From Nitrosopumilaceae archaeon (lineage in GTDB: Archaea > Thermoproteota > Nitrososphaeria > Nitrososphaerales > Nitrosopumilaceae), in the NCBI GenBank assembly GCA_965209085.1, contig OZ242376.1:1280001-1344000 (forward strand): DNA of 64,000 nt, given 5' to 3'. Below, piece after piece: positions 1 through 9,853 of the stretch (the first letter of the stretch is position 1; each line of letters begins with the position of its first letter). Position numbers and translations under genes: made by a program. The notes beneath the pieces were generated by a model. That model was not told the DNA's origin. It made no database searches and saw only the letters and a program-made list of their open reading frames with translations.

Positions 1-534
1 GGTGAGCAGTCATTTGACATACATGCAAACGCAAACCACATCAGCCCGGCAACTGAGGCAAAAATAGTTGAAAAATCAATTCTAAGGGACAAGTCAAAAT
101 CACTCTTCAAGGGCATGATTCGCATATTAGAGAATGCTGTAAAATCAAACTCATACCTGTCTGGAAGATCCATCCTGTTGGATCCGGGTGCAAAATCGGA
201 CGCAATACCAGGCCTTGAGATACTGACAAACGATGTCAAAGCTACGCATTCAGCCTCTGTGGCGCAGATAGATGCAGAACAGGTGTTTTATCTGCAAACC
301 CGGTGCCTTACAAAACAAGCTGCTGAGCGTACGATTATCGAGGGGTTTTTGGAGCCGCTTTCAAGAAAAATGTCATACCAGGTGCGGGCGTGGATTGGTC
401 ACCTTATTGAATCAAAATGGGACGGACGCAGTCTGTCCATAAACAACGACGAGGAGTTGCGCAAATTTATCGAAGTGGAAGAAACTAGGTATAATGAAAA
501 AGCAGAGATAGAACAGCACTACAAATACCGGTGA
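1..534 (+). CDS. sufD: Fe-S cluster assembly protein SufD (5'-truncated by window edge)
   Basis: SufB/D C-terminal motif 'DAIPGLEILTNDVKATHSASV..FYLQTR'; upstream of Rieske-sufS-sufU; ORF is open from the window start. Confidence 0.8.
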   Translation, partial: GEQSFDIHANANHISPATEAKIVEKSILRDKSKSLFKGMIRILENAVKSNSYLSGRSILLDPGAKSDAIPGLEILTNDVKATHSASVAQIDAEQVFYLQTRCLTKQAAERTIIEGFLEPLSRKMSYQVRAWIGHLIESKWDGRSLSINNDEELRKFIEVEETRYNEKAEIEQHYKYR

Positions 535-842
535 TAAAATTGCCAGAATGGGTAAAAACGTGCACAATTGATAAACTAGATGGTCTGTTTTCATTTGATT
601 ACAAAGAAAAACGCATTCTCCTCTCAAAAATTGGAGAGCGGGTGTGTGCTACGGACCGCACGTGTACGCACGATGATGCAGACTTGTCGTGCGGTTTTGC
701 CACGCCAGAAGGTGTGCGGTGCAATCTTCATCTCTCAGTATTTGACATGCGCGACGGAAAACCGTTAAACCCCCCAGCTGAGAAATCTCTTGCAGTATAT
801 AATGTTAAAATAGACGGCAAAGACGTCTATGTAGAGTTGTGA
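531..842 (+). CDS. Rieske-type [2Fe-2S] ferredoxin
   Basis: CTH...CNLH Rieske ligand motifs; located in the SUF operon. Confidence 0.85.
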   Translation: MIKLPEWVKTCTIDKLDGLFSFDYKEKRILLSKIGERVCATDRTCTHDDADLSCGFATPEGVRCNLHLSVFDMRDGKPLNPPAEKSLAVYNVKIDGKDVYVEL

Positions 843-845
843 TGT

Positions 846-2087
846 ATGGTGCAGGGAAAATCAATTAAAAATGCGCGCGAGGATTTTCCAATGATGGAAA
901 GACATGTTCACGGGGACAAACGTCTGGTATATTTGGATAATGCATCCACCACGCAAAAACCCATGCAGGTCATAGATACTTTGACAGAATATTATAAAAA
1001 TTACAATTCAAACATACACAGGGCAGTATACGTCATAGCTACAGAGGCCACATCCGCATATGAGGGAGTCCGGAAAAAGACTGCAAATTTCATTGGTGCA
1101 AAAAACCCCGATGAGATTGTCTTTGTGCGCGGAACAACAGAGGCCATAAACATGGTGGCGTACGCATGGGGCAGGGCAAACATATCAGAGGGCGATGTCA
1201 TAGTTACAACCGAATACGAGCACCACAGCAATATTGTTCCATGGCAGATGCTAGTAAAAGAAAAAAATGCAGTTCTAAAGTACATCGATATTGACGATCA
1301 GGGCAAGTTAATCCTAGGGCAGCTTGACGAGCACCTCTCAAAAGGGAACGTAAAACTAGTATGCTTTAGCCTAATGTCAAACGTGCTTGGAACCATATCG
1401 GATGCAAAATCGATAATCTCAAAATGCAAAGCCTCCAATGTAATGACCCTAGTGGATGCAGCACAGGCTGTCCCGCACATGAGGGTAAATGTTGAAGATT
1501 TGGAATGTGATTTTTTTGCATTCTCAGGGCACAAGATGCTAGGACCTACAGGTGTCGGAGTGCTGTGGGCCAAAAAAGAGATTCTTGAGCAAATGGCGCC
1601 ATTTCATGGCGGAGGCGATATGATACGCGAGGTTCACAAACAAGAGGCCACGTGGAATGATGTCCCATACAAGTTTGAAGCCGGAACACCAAACATTGCA
1701 GACGTGATAGGGTTTGGCGCAGCAATTGACTATCTGCAGGAGATAGGAATGGATAACGTCAGGGAGCATGAGGTAGAGCTTACATTATATGCGCTTGAAA
1801 AACTCTCAAATGTTTCCGGAATCAAAATTTACGGAACAAATCAGATGCAATGGCGCGGAGGCGTTATCTCTTTTAATTTTTCAGACGTTCATCCCCACGA
1901 TGTAGCCCAGATAGTAGACAGGGAAGGAATTGCCATACGCTCCGGCCACCACTGCGCACAGGTGCTGATGGAAAAGCTCGATGTGGCAGCCACATCAAGA
2001 GCCAGTTTTTACATTTACAATACAAAAGATGACGTTGACAGACTGATTGCAGCACTGCATAAAGTGGCAAAGGTGTTCAGGCTGTGA
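846..2087 (+). CDS. sufS: Cysteine desulfurase SufS
   Basis: YLDNASTTQKP, EHHSN, SGHKMLGPTG (PLP lysine), RSGHHCA. Confidence 0.95.
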   Translation: MVQGKSIKNAREDFPMMERHVHGDKRLVYLDNASTTQKPMQVIDTLTEYYKNYNSNIHRAVYVIATEATSAYEGVRKKTANFIGAKNPDEIVFVRGTTEAINMVAYAWGRANISEGDVIVTTEYEHHSNIVPWQMLVKEKNAVLKYIDIDDQGKLILGQLDEHLSKGNVKLVCFSLMSNVLGTISDAKSIISKCKASNVMTLVDAAQAVPHMRVNVEDLECDFFAFSGHKMLGPTGVGVLWAKKEILEQMAPFHGGGDMIREVHKQEATWNDVPYKFEAGTPNIADVIGFGAAIDYLQEIGMDNVREHEVELTLYALEKLSNVSGIKIYGTNQMQWRGGVISFNFSDVHPHDVAQIVDREGIAIRSGHHCAQVLMEKLDVAATSRASFYIYNTKDDVDRLIAALHKVAKVFRL

Positions 2088-2524
2088 GCGGGACTGATAT
2101 TTACCACGAGATGATTATAGACTATTACCGTAACCCGCTAAACTTTGGAAAAATTGAAAATCCTGACGTAACGTATCATGATTCAAATCCCCTGTGCGGC
2201 GACAGCATAGATATAGATCTCAAAGTGGACGGGAACTGCGTATCGGATATAAAATTTCACGGCAAAGGATGCGCCATCTGTATGGCATGCACGTCTGTTC
2301 TAACAGAAATGGTAAAGGGTAAGGACATAACAGAGGTTAGAAAGATTGTAAAAGACGACATCCTATCTGAGCTTGGCCTTGAGAGTTTGCAGGCTGTCCG
2401 GATAAAGTGCGCCCTGCTTTCGCTCAAAGTGCTAAAGTACGCCCTGTATACGTATCTAGCAGGGCACTCCAAAGATGACAATGGTACAGGGGACCTAAAA
2501 GAGGAGGCAGCAGACCTTTACTGA
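2084..2524 (+). CDS. sufU: SufU/IscU-type Fe-S scaffold
   Basis: NPLCGD, GCAIC, RIKCA motifs; overlaps the sufS stop. Confidence 0.9.
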   Translation: MSGTDIYHEMIIDYYRNPLNFGKIENPDVTYHDSNPLCGDSIDIDLKVDGNCVSDIKFHGKGCAICMACTSVLTEMVKGKDITEVRKIVKDDILSELGLESLQAVRIKCALLSLKVLKYALYTYLAGHSKDDNGTGDLKEEAADLY

Positions 2525-2531
2525 ACATATA

Positions 2532-2858
2532 ATGCTGCTCATACGCTGTGCAATCTTTGATCATTTTAACAAAGAAGACCTGAGCTTTAACAACGATCAG
2601 ATTTTAGAGGAGATTGTAAAATCAGGCGCACTAGATGCAAATTTTGATGTTGAAAAGCTTGAAGTGCATTTTGAGGATTTGTGTAAAAAAGAGATACTGC
2701 GGAATATTGCGCAAAATCTCACCACAGTATGGTATAAGATATTTGATCCGCTATCAGCGTATTCTTGCAAATCCTGCAATATGCAGGTGTACATTAATGC
2801 GAATGTTGAAAAAAACTGTCCAAATCCGGCATGCAATGCTGCCATCAGTCAGAATTAG
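2532..2858 (+). CDS. Hypothetical protein with C-terminal Zn-ribbon
   Basis: CKSC...CPNPAC; co-oriented with the SUF genes. Confidence 0.6.
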   Translation: MLLIRCAIFDHFNKEDLSFNNDQILEEIVKSGALDANFDVEKLEVHFEDLCKKEILRNIAQNLTTVWYKIFDPLSAYSCKSCNMQVYINANVEKNCPNPACNAAISQN

Positions 2859-4047
2859 AGGCGGCTTTTTCAAGTGCTGCAATCATTGGGAGTTTTTCAC
2901 GGGCAAGGTACAGGACTAGTGCGCCACCTGCAGTACTCACGTGGTTTATTTTATCATACAAATCGTATTTTTTGAGCGCCGAGCTTAGATGGCCGCCGCT
3001 GACTATGGTTGTAGCCATGGAATTTGCCACAGATTTTAGGAGACTCTCGGTTCCATAGCTAAACTGTTCGTGCTCAAAGTATCCTGCAGGACCGCTTATG
3101 AAGACGGTTCCAGCACCGATTATCATTTTTTCATAATGTTTTACAGTTTCCGGACCCATATCCAAGATACGGTCTCCGGATACTAGCTCACGTACCGTTA
3201 TTTCCACGCGTTTTCCGTTGCGCTCTATTGCAATATCCACCGGCGTTGAGAAAACGTCAGGGTATTCGCCTATCAGGGCGTGCGCCTTGCGTACAAGCTC
3301 ATCTTCGCGGTCTATTTCAAGATGGTATTTTATTCGAGCCTGCGCGCGCAAAAACACGCTGGCAATTACCCCCGTCAAAAGTATGTGATCTGCCTGTCCG
3401 TTTTTAATCAACAGTGAGATTGCCTCAAGGCGGTCCACAACTTTGGATCCGCCCAAAACCACCACGTGTGGTGCCTTTGCAACAGAGAGTATTCGGTCCA
3501 GCTCGCGCACTTCTTTTTCGACGATGCGTCCGGCGCATGCCGGAATGACATTTGGAAATCCCACAATTGACGGGTGTGAGCGGTGTGCGCTTGGAAACGA
3601 ATCAAGAACGCACAAATCAAAGAGTCCGCGCAGTCTGCTAACCATTATGGTTTTTGCCGCATCCTCGGGCAGAAATTCGTAATTTTCTTCAGCACACAGG
3701 CGCAGATTATCAAGCATTAGAATTTCACCGTTCTTTAAATTTCGTATTGCAGACTGGGCAGCCTCGCCTATCGTATCCTCCACGTATATGATCTTGCGGC
3801 CAAGCATCTCTTCTAATACTTTGGCATGTTTTTTCATGCTCGTATAATCCGTATTGCCGACCCTGCCCTGGTGTGATGCGATGACAAGTTTGGAATCTGC
3901 AAGCGATTCTATTGTAGGTATGGATTCTTCTATTCTTTTCTTGCCGCTGATCTCCAGGGTTTTAGGATCCATCGGACAGTTCATGTCGACTCTTAAGAAA
4001 ACCGTTTTTCCTTTTGTCTGTACATCATCGATGGTATGAAACCGCAC
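2845..4047 (-). CDS. pgk: Phosphoglycerate kinase
   Basis: LRVDMNCP, SHQGR, LDNLR, HVSTAGGA. Confidence 0.95.
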   Translation of the reverse strand: MRFHTIDDVQTKGKTVFLRVDMNCPMDPKTLEISGKKRIEESIPTIESLADSKLVIASHQGRVGNTDYTSMKKHAKVLEEMLGRKIIYVEDTIGEAAQSAIRNLKNGEILMLDNLRLCAEENYEFLPEDAAKTIMVSRLRGLFDLCVLDSFPSAHRSHPSIVGFPNVIPACAGRIVEKEVRELDRILSVAKAPHVVVLGGSKVVDRLEAISLLIKNGQADHILLTGVIASVFLRAQARIKYHLEIDREDELVRKAHALIGEYPDVFSTPVDIAIERNGKRVEITVRELVSGDRILDMGPETVKHYEKMIIGAGTVFISGPAGYFEHEQFSYGTESLLKSVANSMATTIVSGGHLSSALKKYDLYDKINHVSTAGGALVLYLAREKLPMIAALEKAASNSD

Positions 4048-4222
4048 TATATGTGCAACATATGTAATCTAGGTTAAAAGCTTTAGCCGATCACGGTTTT
4101 TACGAGTCGCCATACACACGGTTAATCGTATGCGTATGATCATGAAACGAAATTCAATATCTTTATGGTTTTTGCAGTATAAAATTTGATAATGATTAAA
4201 AGCATGAGGATTTTAACAAGGG

Positions 4223-4888
4223 ATGGGATGTACGCTGCAATCGCTTGCATTTGATATCAGATCAAGATCGACTGTGGTTATTGCAACCTCGTTTGTTCTC
4301 TGGTCTCTTTTGGTCTATTACGGTAAAACAGAGTGGTTTGATATTCCAACAATTGCTTTCTTTACAGATTTGGAGAGGGATGGAATATTAGATCTGTTTA
4401 TGAGAACGTTAACTGAGATTGGGGATATTTTTTACATGTTGGGTTTTACCATAATACTCATCATAATTCGCCCCACACGTAAACTCGGCATAGCTTTGCT
4501 CATACTGCTAGTTTTAACCACGCTGATTACAGGATATGTAAAATGCGGCGTGGACCGAGAGAGGCCGGAACCGGAAATATTTTCCGCATTCCCAGTAGAC
4601 ATTAGTCCTGATACGTTCTCACTTTTTTGTGCAGGAGGATTTGATGCATCATATCCGTCCGGGCATTCTGCAAGAGCTGCCGCAGTCGGATCCATTTTGG
4701 CCATAGGACTTGCCGTAAGGTTTCCAAGGGTAGCACCCCTGCTGATGTTGTATCCGGCCATGATGGCACTCAGCAGGATCTATGTTTTACAGCACTATCC
4801 ATCAGATGTAATCGGAGGGGTGTTATTGGGAATACTGCTCGCAGGCATTGTTGCAAAAAAAACGCATATTGATGATTCAAAGTCCTAG
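4223..4888 (+). CDS. PAP2-family membrane phosphatase
   Basis: K-x6-RP, SYPSGH, SRIYVLQHYPSDV motifs; hydrophobic segments. Confidence 0.9.
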   Translation: MGCTLQSLAFDIRSRSTVVIATSFVLWSLLVYYGKTEWFDIPTIAFFTDLERDGILDLFMRTLTEIGDIFYMLGFTIILIIIRPTRKLGIALLILLVLTTLITGYVKCGVDRERPEPEIFSAFPVDISPDTFSLFCAGGFDASYPSGHSARAAAVGSILAIGLAVRFPRVAPLLMLYPAMMALSRIYVLQHYPSDVIGGVLLGILLAGIVAKKTHIDDSKS

Positions 4889-5188
4889 ACTTTCCAAAAC
4901 CGTTGCGCTTACAAACATTATTGCATAGTGGTCATCATCGTGATGATACGTCCAGTATCGGATTGATCTTTCAGCGTTAATACGTCGCAGACCGTAATTT
5001 ACGGACGTGGTGATTGTATACCCTATGCGTTTTGCAGTCCGTTTCTCTTTTGTCATTAAAACCAAATAGCCCCCTTTGATTCCCTCAAAACCCAATTCTA
5101 CCATTTGATCTGCGGCAGCCGCAGCGGATTTTTCATCGTTAATTTCAAAAGTTTTGATCGCAGGTATCTGCGAAGGGTGAAACACCAT
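4877..5188 (-). CDS. Hypothetical protein
   Basis: 103-aa ORF filling the intergenic space with protein-like composition. Confidence 0.6.
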   Translation of the reverse strand: MVFHPSQIPAIKTFEINDEKSAAAAADQMVELGFEGIKGGYLVLMTKEKRTAKRIGYTITTSVNYGLRRINAERSIRYWTYHHDDDHYAIMFVSATVLESLGL

Positions 5189-5302
5189 CCTGTTTTAGAC
5201 ATATTTGAGAGATTTTAACATTTTTTTATGTTGGATTTCTTTACGTTTAGGTCAAAACATGGATATAGATTTAGATTAATCACGGCGTGTGTTTATTATT
5301 TT

Positions 5303-6169
5303 ATGGGATCGCTTGTAAGACTTGCCAAAAAGATCGAAGAACGCAAAAAAGAGATCGTCCGTGCAAAGCGTAAAGCCGAAAAAGATTTGAAAAAATCCGT
5401 ATCTAGTTACAGAAAATCATCATCAAGCCTCACATCCATAGAACACAGCGTAGAGACGGCCAAAGACCAGATAGGCGAGATTGGTAAGGAATTAGTGCGT
5501 GCTGTCGAACAGCGCGAGAGTGTAAAGAGGCTCATTGCTTCAGCAGAAGCAAGGTTGGAATCTGAAAAATATGAGAAATCAAACGCAGAGCAGGAAATAA
5601 AATTCACCAGTGGCAGAGAAGAGAAAAAAAACGCCCAATTCAAACTCGACGGCGTGATTGACAGCATTAATGAGATAAAAAATGAGATTAAAATCAGAAC
5701 AAATATGATGTCAAAACTTGGTGAAATCATCGACAGTCAGTCATCATCAAAATCAAAAATATCCACAAAAATTCGTAAAAATACCAGCAAAAAACCGGAT
5801 TTGAGAAAAATCATAAAAAGTAGCGGTAAAAAAGTAGAAGAACTCAGACGCAGTGTAAAATCAAAAGACAAACAGGTACAAAATGCAAAAATAAAAATAA
5901 AAAAAATCTCTGAACGTGTGAAAGGAAAATCCAAACCTGCAAAATTAAAAACTAAAAAACGCACCTCAAAATCCAAGACAAAACGCCGCACCGTACGTGC
6001 AAAAAGCAAAACACTTGGCGGTAAAAAACGCACCGTTAAAGCCAAAACAAAACGCAGCACCGTACGTGCAAAAAGCAAAACATCCAAAGTGAAAAAACGT
6101 ATTGTAAAAAAATCTACTAAAAGTGTTAAACGCCGCGCACCGGCACGCAAAGTTTCACGCAGGAAATAA
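5303..6169 (+). CDS. Coiled-coil protein with very basic Lys/Arg-rich C-terminal tail
   Basis: Likely start ATG 5303 (MGSLVRL); heptad region followed by repeated KRRTVRAKSKT-like units. Confidence 0.75.
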   Translation: MGSLVRLAKKIEERKKEIVRAKRKAEKDLKKSVSSYRKSSSSLTSIEHSVETAKDQIGEIGKELVRAVEQRESVKRLIASAEARLESEKYEKSNAEQEIKFTSGREEKKNAQFKLDGVIDSINEIKNEIKIRTNMMSKLGEIIDSQSSSKSKISTKIRKNTSKKPDLRKIIKSSGKKVEELRRSVKSKDKQVQNAKIKIKKISERVKGKSKPAKLKTKKRTSKSKTKRRTVRAKSKTLGGKKRTVKAKTKRSTVRAKSKTSKVKKRIVKKSTKSVKRRAPARKVSRRK

Positions 6170-6301
6170 CATTCTATTATCTTTCGTTTCTTTTGCGGTT
6201 GTACAGCAAATATCCGACAATTGCAGAAACTACCCCGCCAAGTATCCACAGATCATACGTCACGATGTGTGCAATACTGACCTGTCATTTAATCAATTGT
6301 A

Positions 6302-8650
6302 TTATTTAACGAGATGGTGCATCGATACAAGGTCTGGTTCAAAATCTTTGAGTGAATCGGGCACCTTTATCTGCACATTATCCTTTAATGAGAGTCCGGC
6401 ATCTTTCTTTTTTCCCCACACCATTGTGCTAAAATCAGCTATCATCTGTCGTGTGGATTTATCATATTCGATGTTTTCAGATTCTGCCTGGCGTTCTGCA
6501 TGTATGCTAGAATCAGAATACAGCATCATCCAAAGCTTGTCGGATATGAAAGGCGTTATCGGTGCAAGCAGTTTTAGAATAGTTGAGAGTACTTTGTGCA
6601 GTGTAAATACAGCAGAGTTTTTTTGCGCCTCCGATACTCCGTCCCCGTATGCGCGAGATTTTACCATTTCTATATAATGCGCTGCAAACAAATTCCACGC
6701 AAATTCACGGATTGCCACGGCGGGAACAAAAAAGTTATACTCATCATATCCTTTTTTGCATTCGACTATAAGATTGTCAAGCTCGCTTAAAATCCATTTA
6801 TCTGTAGGCTCCAAATCGGCATCATCGACTGTGGGAAAACTGGATATGAACCGCGATATGTTCCAAAGCTTGCTGAGGAATTTTTTTGCCGCCTCTATTT
6901 TTACCTCGTTGCATCTGAAATCATAACCGTGTGTAACCTCGCTGGCACTCCAAAATCTAAATACGTCCGCTCCAAGCCGCTCTATCAACGGTAGAGGGTC
7001 TATTGCGTTTCCCTTGCTCTTGCTCATCTTCATTCCTTTTTCATCAAGACCATACCCCATTATCCACGCTTCAGACCACGGTGTTTTTTCCACAAGTTGA
7101 TCGCATCTAAGCATCGTATAGTAAAGCCATGTGCGAACAATGTCTTTTGCCTGCGGACGTATTGCCGAAGGGTATGTCTTTGCAAAAAATTCATCATCCT
7201 TGCCGTATTTTGATATAAACAGCGGTGAGATGCTCGAATCCATCCACGTATCAAACGTGCGCTCCTCGCCGTGAAATTCTCCAGCACCGCATTTTGGGCA
7301 TTTGCTTATCGGACATTCATCCTTCCACGGGCGGTAATATTTTCCAGGCTCTGGAACATACGGCTCGGAGCATTTTACGCACGTCCATACCGGTATCTCT
7401 GTTCCGTAATAGCGTCTTCGTGATATTGGCCAGTCAATGGATATTGAGTCAAGCCAGTTGTTTAGTATCTGCTTGTGCATTTTTGGATAAAATCGCACGG
7501 TTTGGGCCAATTTTCGCATTCTATCCACAGAATCCATCTGTTTTAGATAATACTCTTCCATCGGAATTATCTCAATGGGGGTTTTGCTGCGCTCAGCTAT
7601 AGGAGTTCGGTGCATTATATTTTCGATTTTTTCAACAAATCCGGCACTCTCCAAATCTTCTGTTATTTTTTTACGCGCCTGTTTTGGGCGAAGACCCGCA
7701 TACGGGCCGGCAGTTTCAGTCATCTTGCCGTCAAGTCCGATTGAGACTATCTCTTCAAGATTCATCTCGCGGAAAAGTGCCACGTCGTTTTGATCACCGT
7801 AACTGCAAACCATTACAGCACCGGTGCCAAATTCCTTGTTCACTGAATGGTGCGTTTTAATTTCCACTTTGCGTCCAAATATCGGAGTAATGGCGTATTT
7901 TCCAACCATGTTTTTGTACCGTTCGTCATCTTTAGATACAATTATGATGCAGCATGCGCACAATAATTCAGGCCTGGTACTGGCAATGGTTATCGTATCT
8001 GATTCGTCTTTGATGGCAAATTTCATCGATACAAGGTTTGTCTGCAGATCCTCGTATGTAATTTCTGCATCAGCTATGGTAGTTCCTGAAACCCAGTCAT
8101 AGTTGTTTGGCCTGTTTGCAAGGTATACAAGTCCCATCTTCCAGAGTTTGATAAACGTGGACTGGGTCAGCGTCCGGTATTCTTCAGAATCGGTCCGGTA
8201 ATGCCCTTTAATGTCTCCGCTCAATCCAAGGTTTGTCATAATCTGTATCATTTCAGATTCTAAATCATCAAGTGAGTTTTTACACAAATCCAAAAATTCA
8301 CCCCTCTCGGTTTCGCGCATGCGTATGTTGTGTTTTTTCTCAGTGTACAGCTCTACTGGCAGTCCGTTGCGGTCTATGCCGATTGGAAAATAGACGTTTT
8401 TTCCGGCCATTCTAGCCGTTCTGGCAATCATGTCAATCTGCGAATAGTGTGCAGCTGCCCCGATATGCCAGGGTCTGCCCGACGGGTACGGAGGCGGCGT
8501 GTCTATCGTATAGTTTTCCGCAGACAGCTCAAAGTTATACACGCCGGATTTTGACCATTCCTTTAGCAGTTCAGCCTCTATTGCATGATCCCATGCTTTT
8601 GCAGTTATTGTAGGGGATGCTCGCTCAGTGGGGGGGTTATTTTCGGACAA
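6302..8650 (-). CDS. valS: Valyl-tRNA synthetase
   Basis: DTPPPYPSG, HIGA, KMSKS, DWPISRRRYYG, FDTWMDSS. Confidence 0.93.
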   Translation of the reverse strand: MSENNPPTERASPTITAKAWDHAIEAELLKEWSKSGVYNFELSAENYTIDTPPPYPSGRPWHIGAAAHYSQIDMIARTARMAGKNVYFPIGIDRNGLPVELYTEKKHNIRMRETERGEFLDLCKNSLDDLESEMIQIMTNLGLSGDIKGHYRTDSEEYRTLTQSTFIKLWKMGLVYLANRPNNYDWVSGTTIADAEITYEDLQTNLVSMKFAIKDESDTITIASTRPELLCACCIIIVSKDDERYKNMVGKYAITPIFGRKVEIKTHHSVNKEFGTGAVMVCSYGDQNDVALFREMNLEEIVSIGLDGKMTETAGPYAGLRPKQARKKITEDLESAGFVEKIENIMHRTPIAERSKTPIEIIPMEEYYLKQMDSVDRMRKLAQTVRFYPKMHKQILNNWLDSISIDWPISRRRYYGTEIPVWTCVKCSEPYVPEPGKYYRPWKDECPISKCPKCGAGEFHGEERTFDTWMDSSISPLFISKYGKDDEFFAKTYPSAIRPQAKDIVRTWLYYTMLRCDQLVEKTPWSEAWIMGYGLDEKGMKMSKSKGNAIDPLPLIERLGADVFRFWSASEVTHGYDFRCNEVKIEAAKKFLSKLWNISRFISSFPTVDDADLEPTDKWILSELDNLIVECKKGYDEYNFFVPAVAIREFAWNLFAAHYIEMVKSRAYGDGVSEAQKNSAVFTLHKVLSTILKLLAPITPFISDKLWMMLYSDSSIHAERQAESENIEYDKSTRQMIADFSTMVWGKKKDAGLSLKDNVQIKVPDSLKDFEPDLVSMHHLVK

Positions 8651-8652
8651 AT

Positions 8653-9471
8653 CTAGGCACGCAGGAGGCTGGATATTATATGGGAACCTTTGTTGTAACC
8701 CTCATAGATGTATACGCCGATTGCCTCTATGTTTGATGGCAGTTTTGGACCAAGCAGTCGTATGATTTCAGTGGAGAGATTTTCTACGGTGGCCTCGCCT
8801 TTTAGAAGATATGCGTTGTGTTTTGGCACCTTTAGATCAAAGGTGCCTTTTGGACCGTCAAATTTTATATGGTATGCAATATCGGTCTTGCCGCACACAT
8901 ATTTTTCGTTTATGAAAAATTTGTGATCAAATACTGCCATCACTTCTTTTATGATGCGTTTTGCCACGCCAAAGTCAAGCAGCAGATTGTTTTCCATTTG
9001 TCCTGCCAGTTCCACCATTACAGATGATGTATGTCCGTGCAGGATGGAGCATTTTTCCACCAGCGGGAGAATATGGGAATAATCAAACATGAATGACTGA
9101 TCTTCCAAAAATATCGAGCCTGTCTGCGGGCGGTTTTGATCGTAAAAGACGATATCCTGCAGCTCTTTTAATTTCGAGGCGTATTTTGGATGACCTATTG
9201 CCATAATTTTTGTTTCAGGGGATGACTCTTTGATTTTGGTATATTTTTCAATGTCCGCATTACCGTCTATGACCTCGATGAATCCATTGTCGGTTTTAAA
9301 ATCAACGGTTGCATCAAATCCTCCAAAAGTTTCCCTGTGGTTGTATTCGTATTTGTGTCCCAAAAATTCCAGCATTTGTGCTACGGCAAGCTCTGTTCTA
9401 GTGCGCATCAAATTGTCATGTTTGTCCAGATAGCGCATATCAGAGCTTATAACCCGCGGTTCTGCAGTCAT
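8653..9471 (-). CDS. queD: 6-pyruvoyl-tetrahydropterin synthase/QueD-like protein with extra N-terminal domain
   Basis: CSILHGH, DFG, FDHK, TVENLS, YEG motifs in the C-terminal half. Confidence 0.75.
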   Translation of the reverse strand: MTAEPRVISSDMRYLDKHDNLMRTRTELAVAQMLEFLGHKYEYNHRETFGGFDATVDFKTDNGFIEVIDGNADIEKYTKIKESSPETKIMAIGHPKYASKLKELQDIVFYDQNRPQTGSIFLEDQSFMFDYSHILPLVEKCSILHGHTSSVMVELAGQMENNLLLDFGVAKRIIKEVMAVFDHKFFINEKYVCGKTDIAYHIKFDGPKGTFDLKVPKHNAYLLKGEATVENLSTEIIRLLGPKLPSNIEAIGVYIYEGYNKGSHIISSLLRA

Positions 9472-9518
9472 TTCTCAGACTCGCTCTTGTGTGTATATAA
9501 TTCTGTGTGGGTCAGGTT

Positions 9519-9824
9519 TTACGCCCCCGCCAATGCGTTGAGAATACCTGCAAGTTTTGTGTCATTTTCTGTAATTCCCCCCGCATCATGGGTTACAAGG
9601 TCCACTGTGACTTTGTTATAGACGTTAAACCATTCCGGGTGATGGTTAATTTTTTCAATCTCAACTGAGGCTTTGCTCATAAATCCAAACGCTTCTTCAA
9701 AAGAAGCAAATTCATAATCTTTGTGCAATTTGCCGTTTAGGACAGACCAGCCAGAAAGTGCATTCTCAGATAATGCCTTTTGTAGCATATCCTCGGAAAG
9801 CTGTTCTAACATGATAGAGCGCAC
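9519..9824 (-). CDS. Pterin-4-alpha-carbinolamine dehydratase
   Basis: NHHPEWFNVYNKV..THDAGGITEND. Confidence 0.92.
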   Translation of the reverse strand: MRSIMLEQLSEDMLQKALSENALSGWSVLNGKLHKDYEFASFEEAFGFMSKASVEIEKINHHPEWFNVYNKVTVDLVTHDAGGITENDTKLAGILNALAGA

Positions 9825-9853
9825 GCAGTCTTGTTAATAATTCTGACTGTAAA

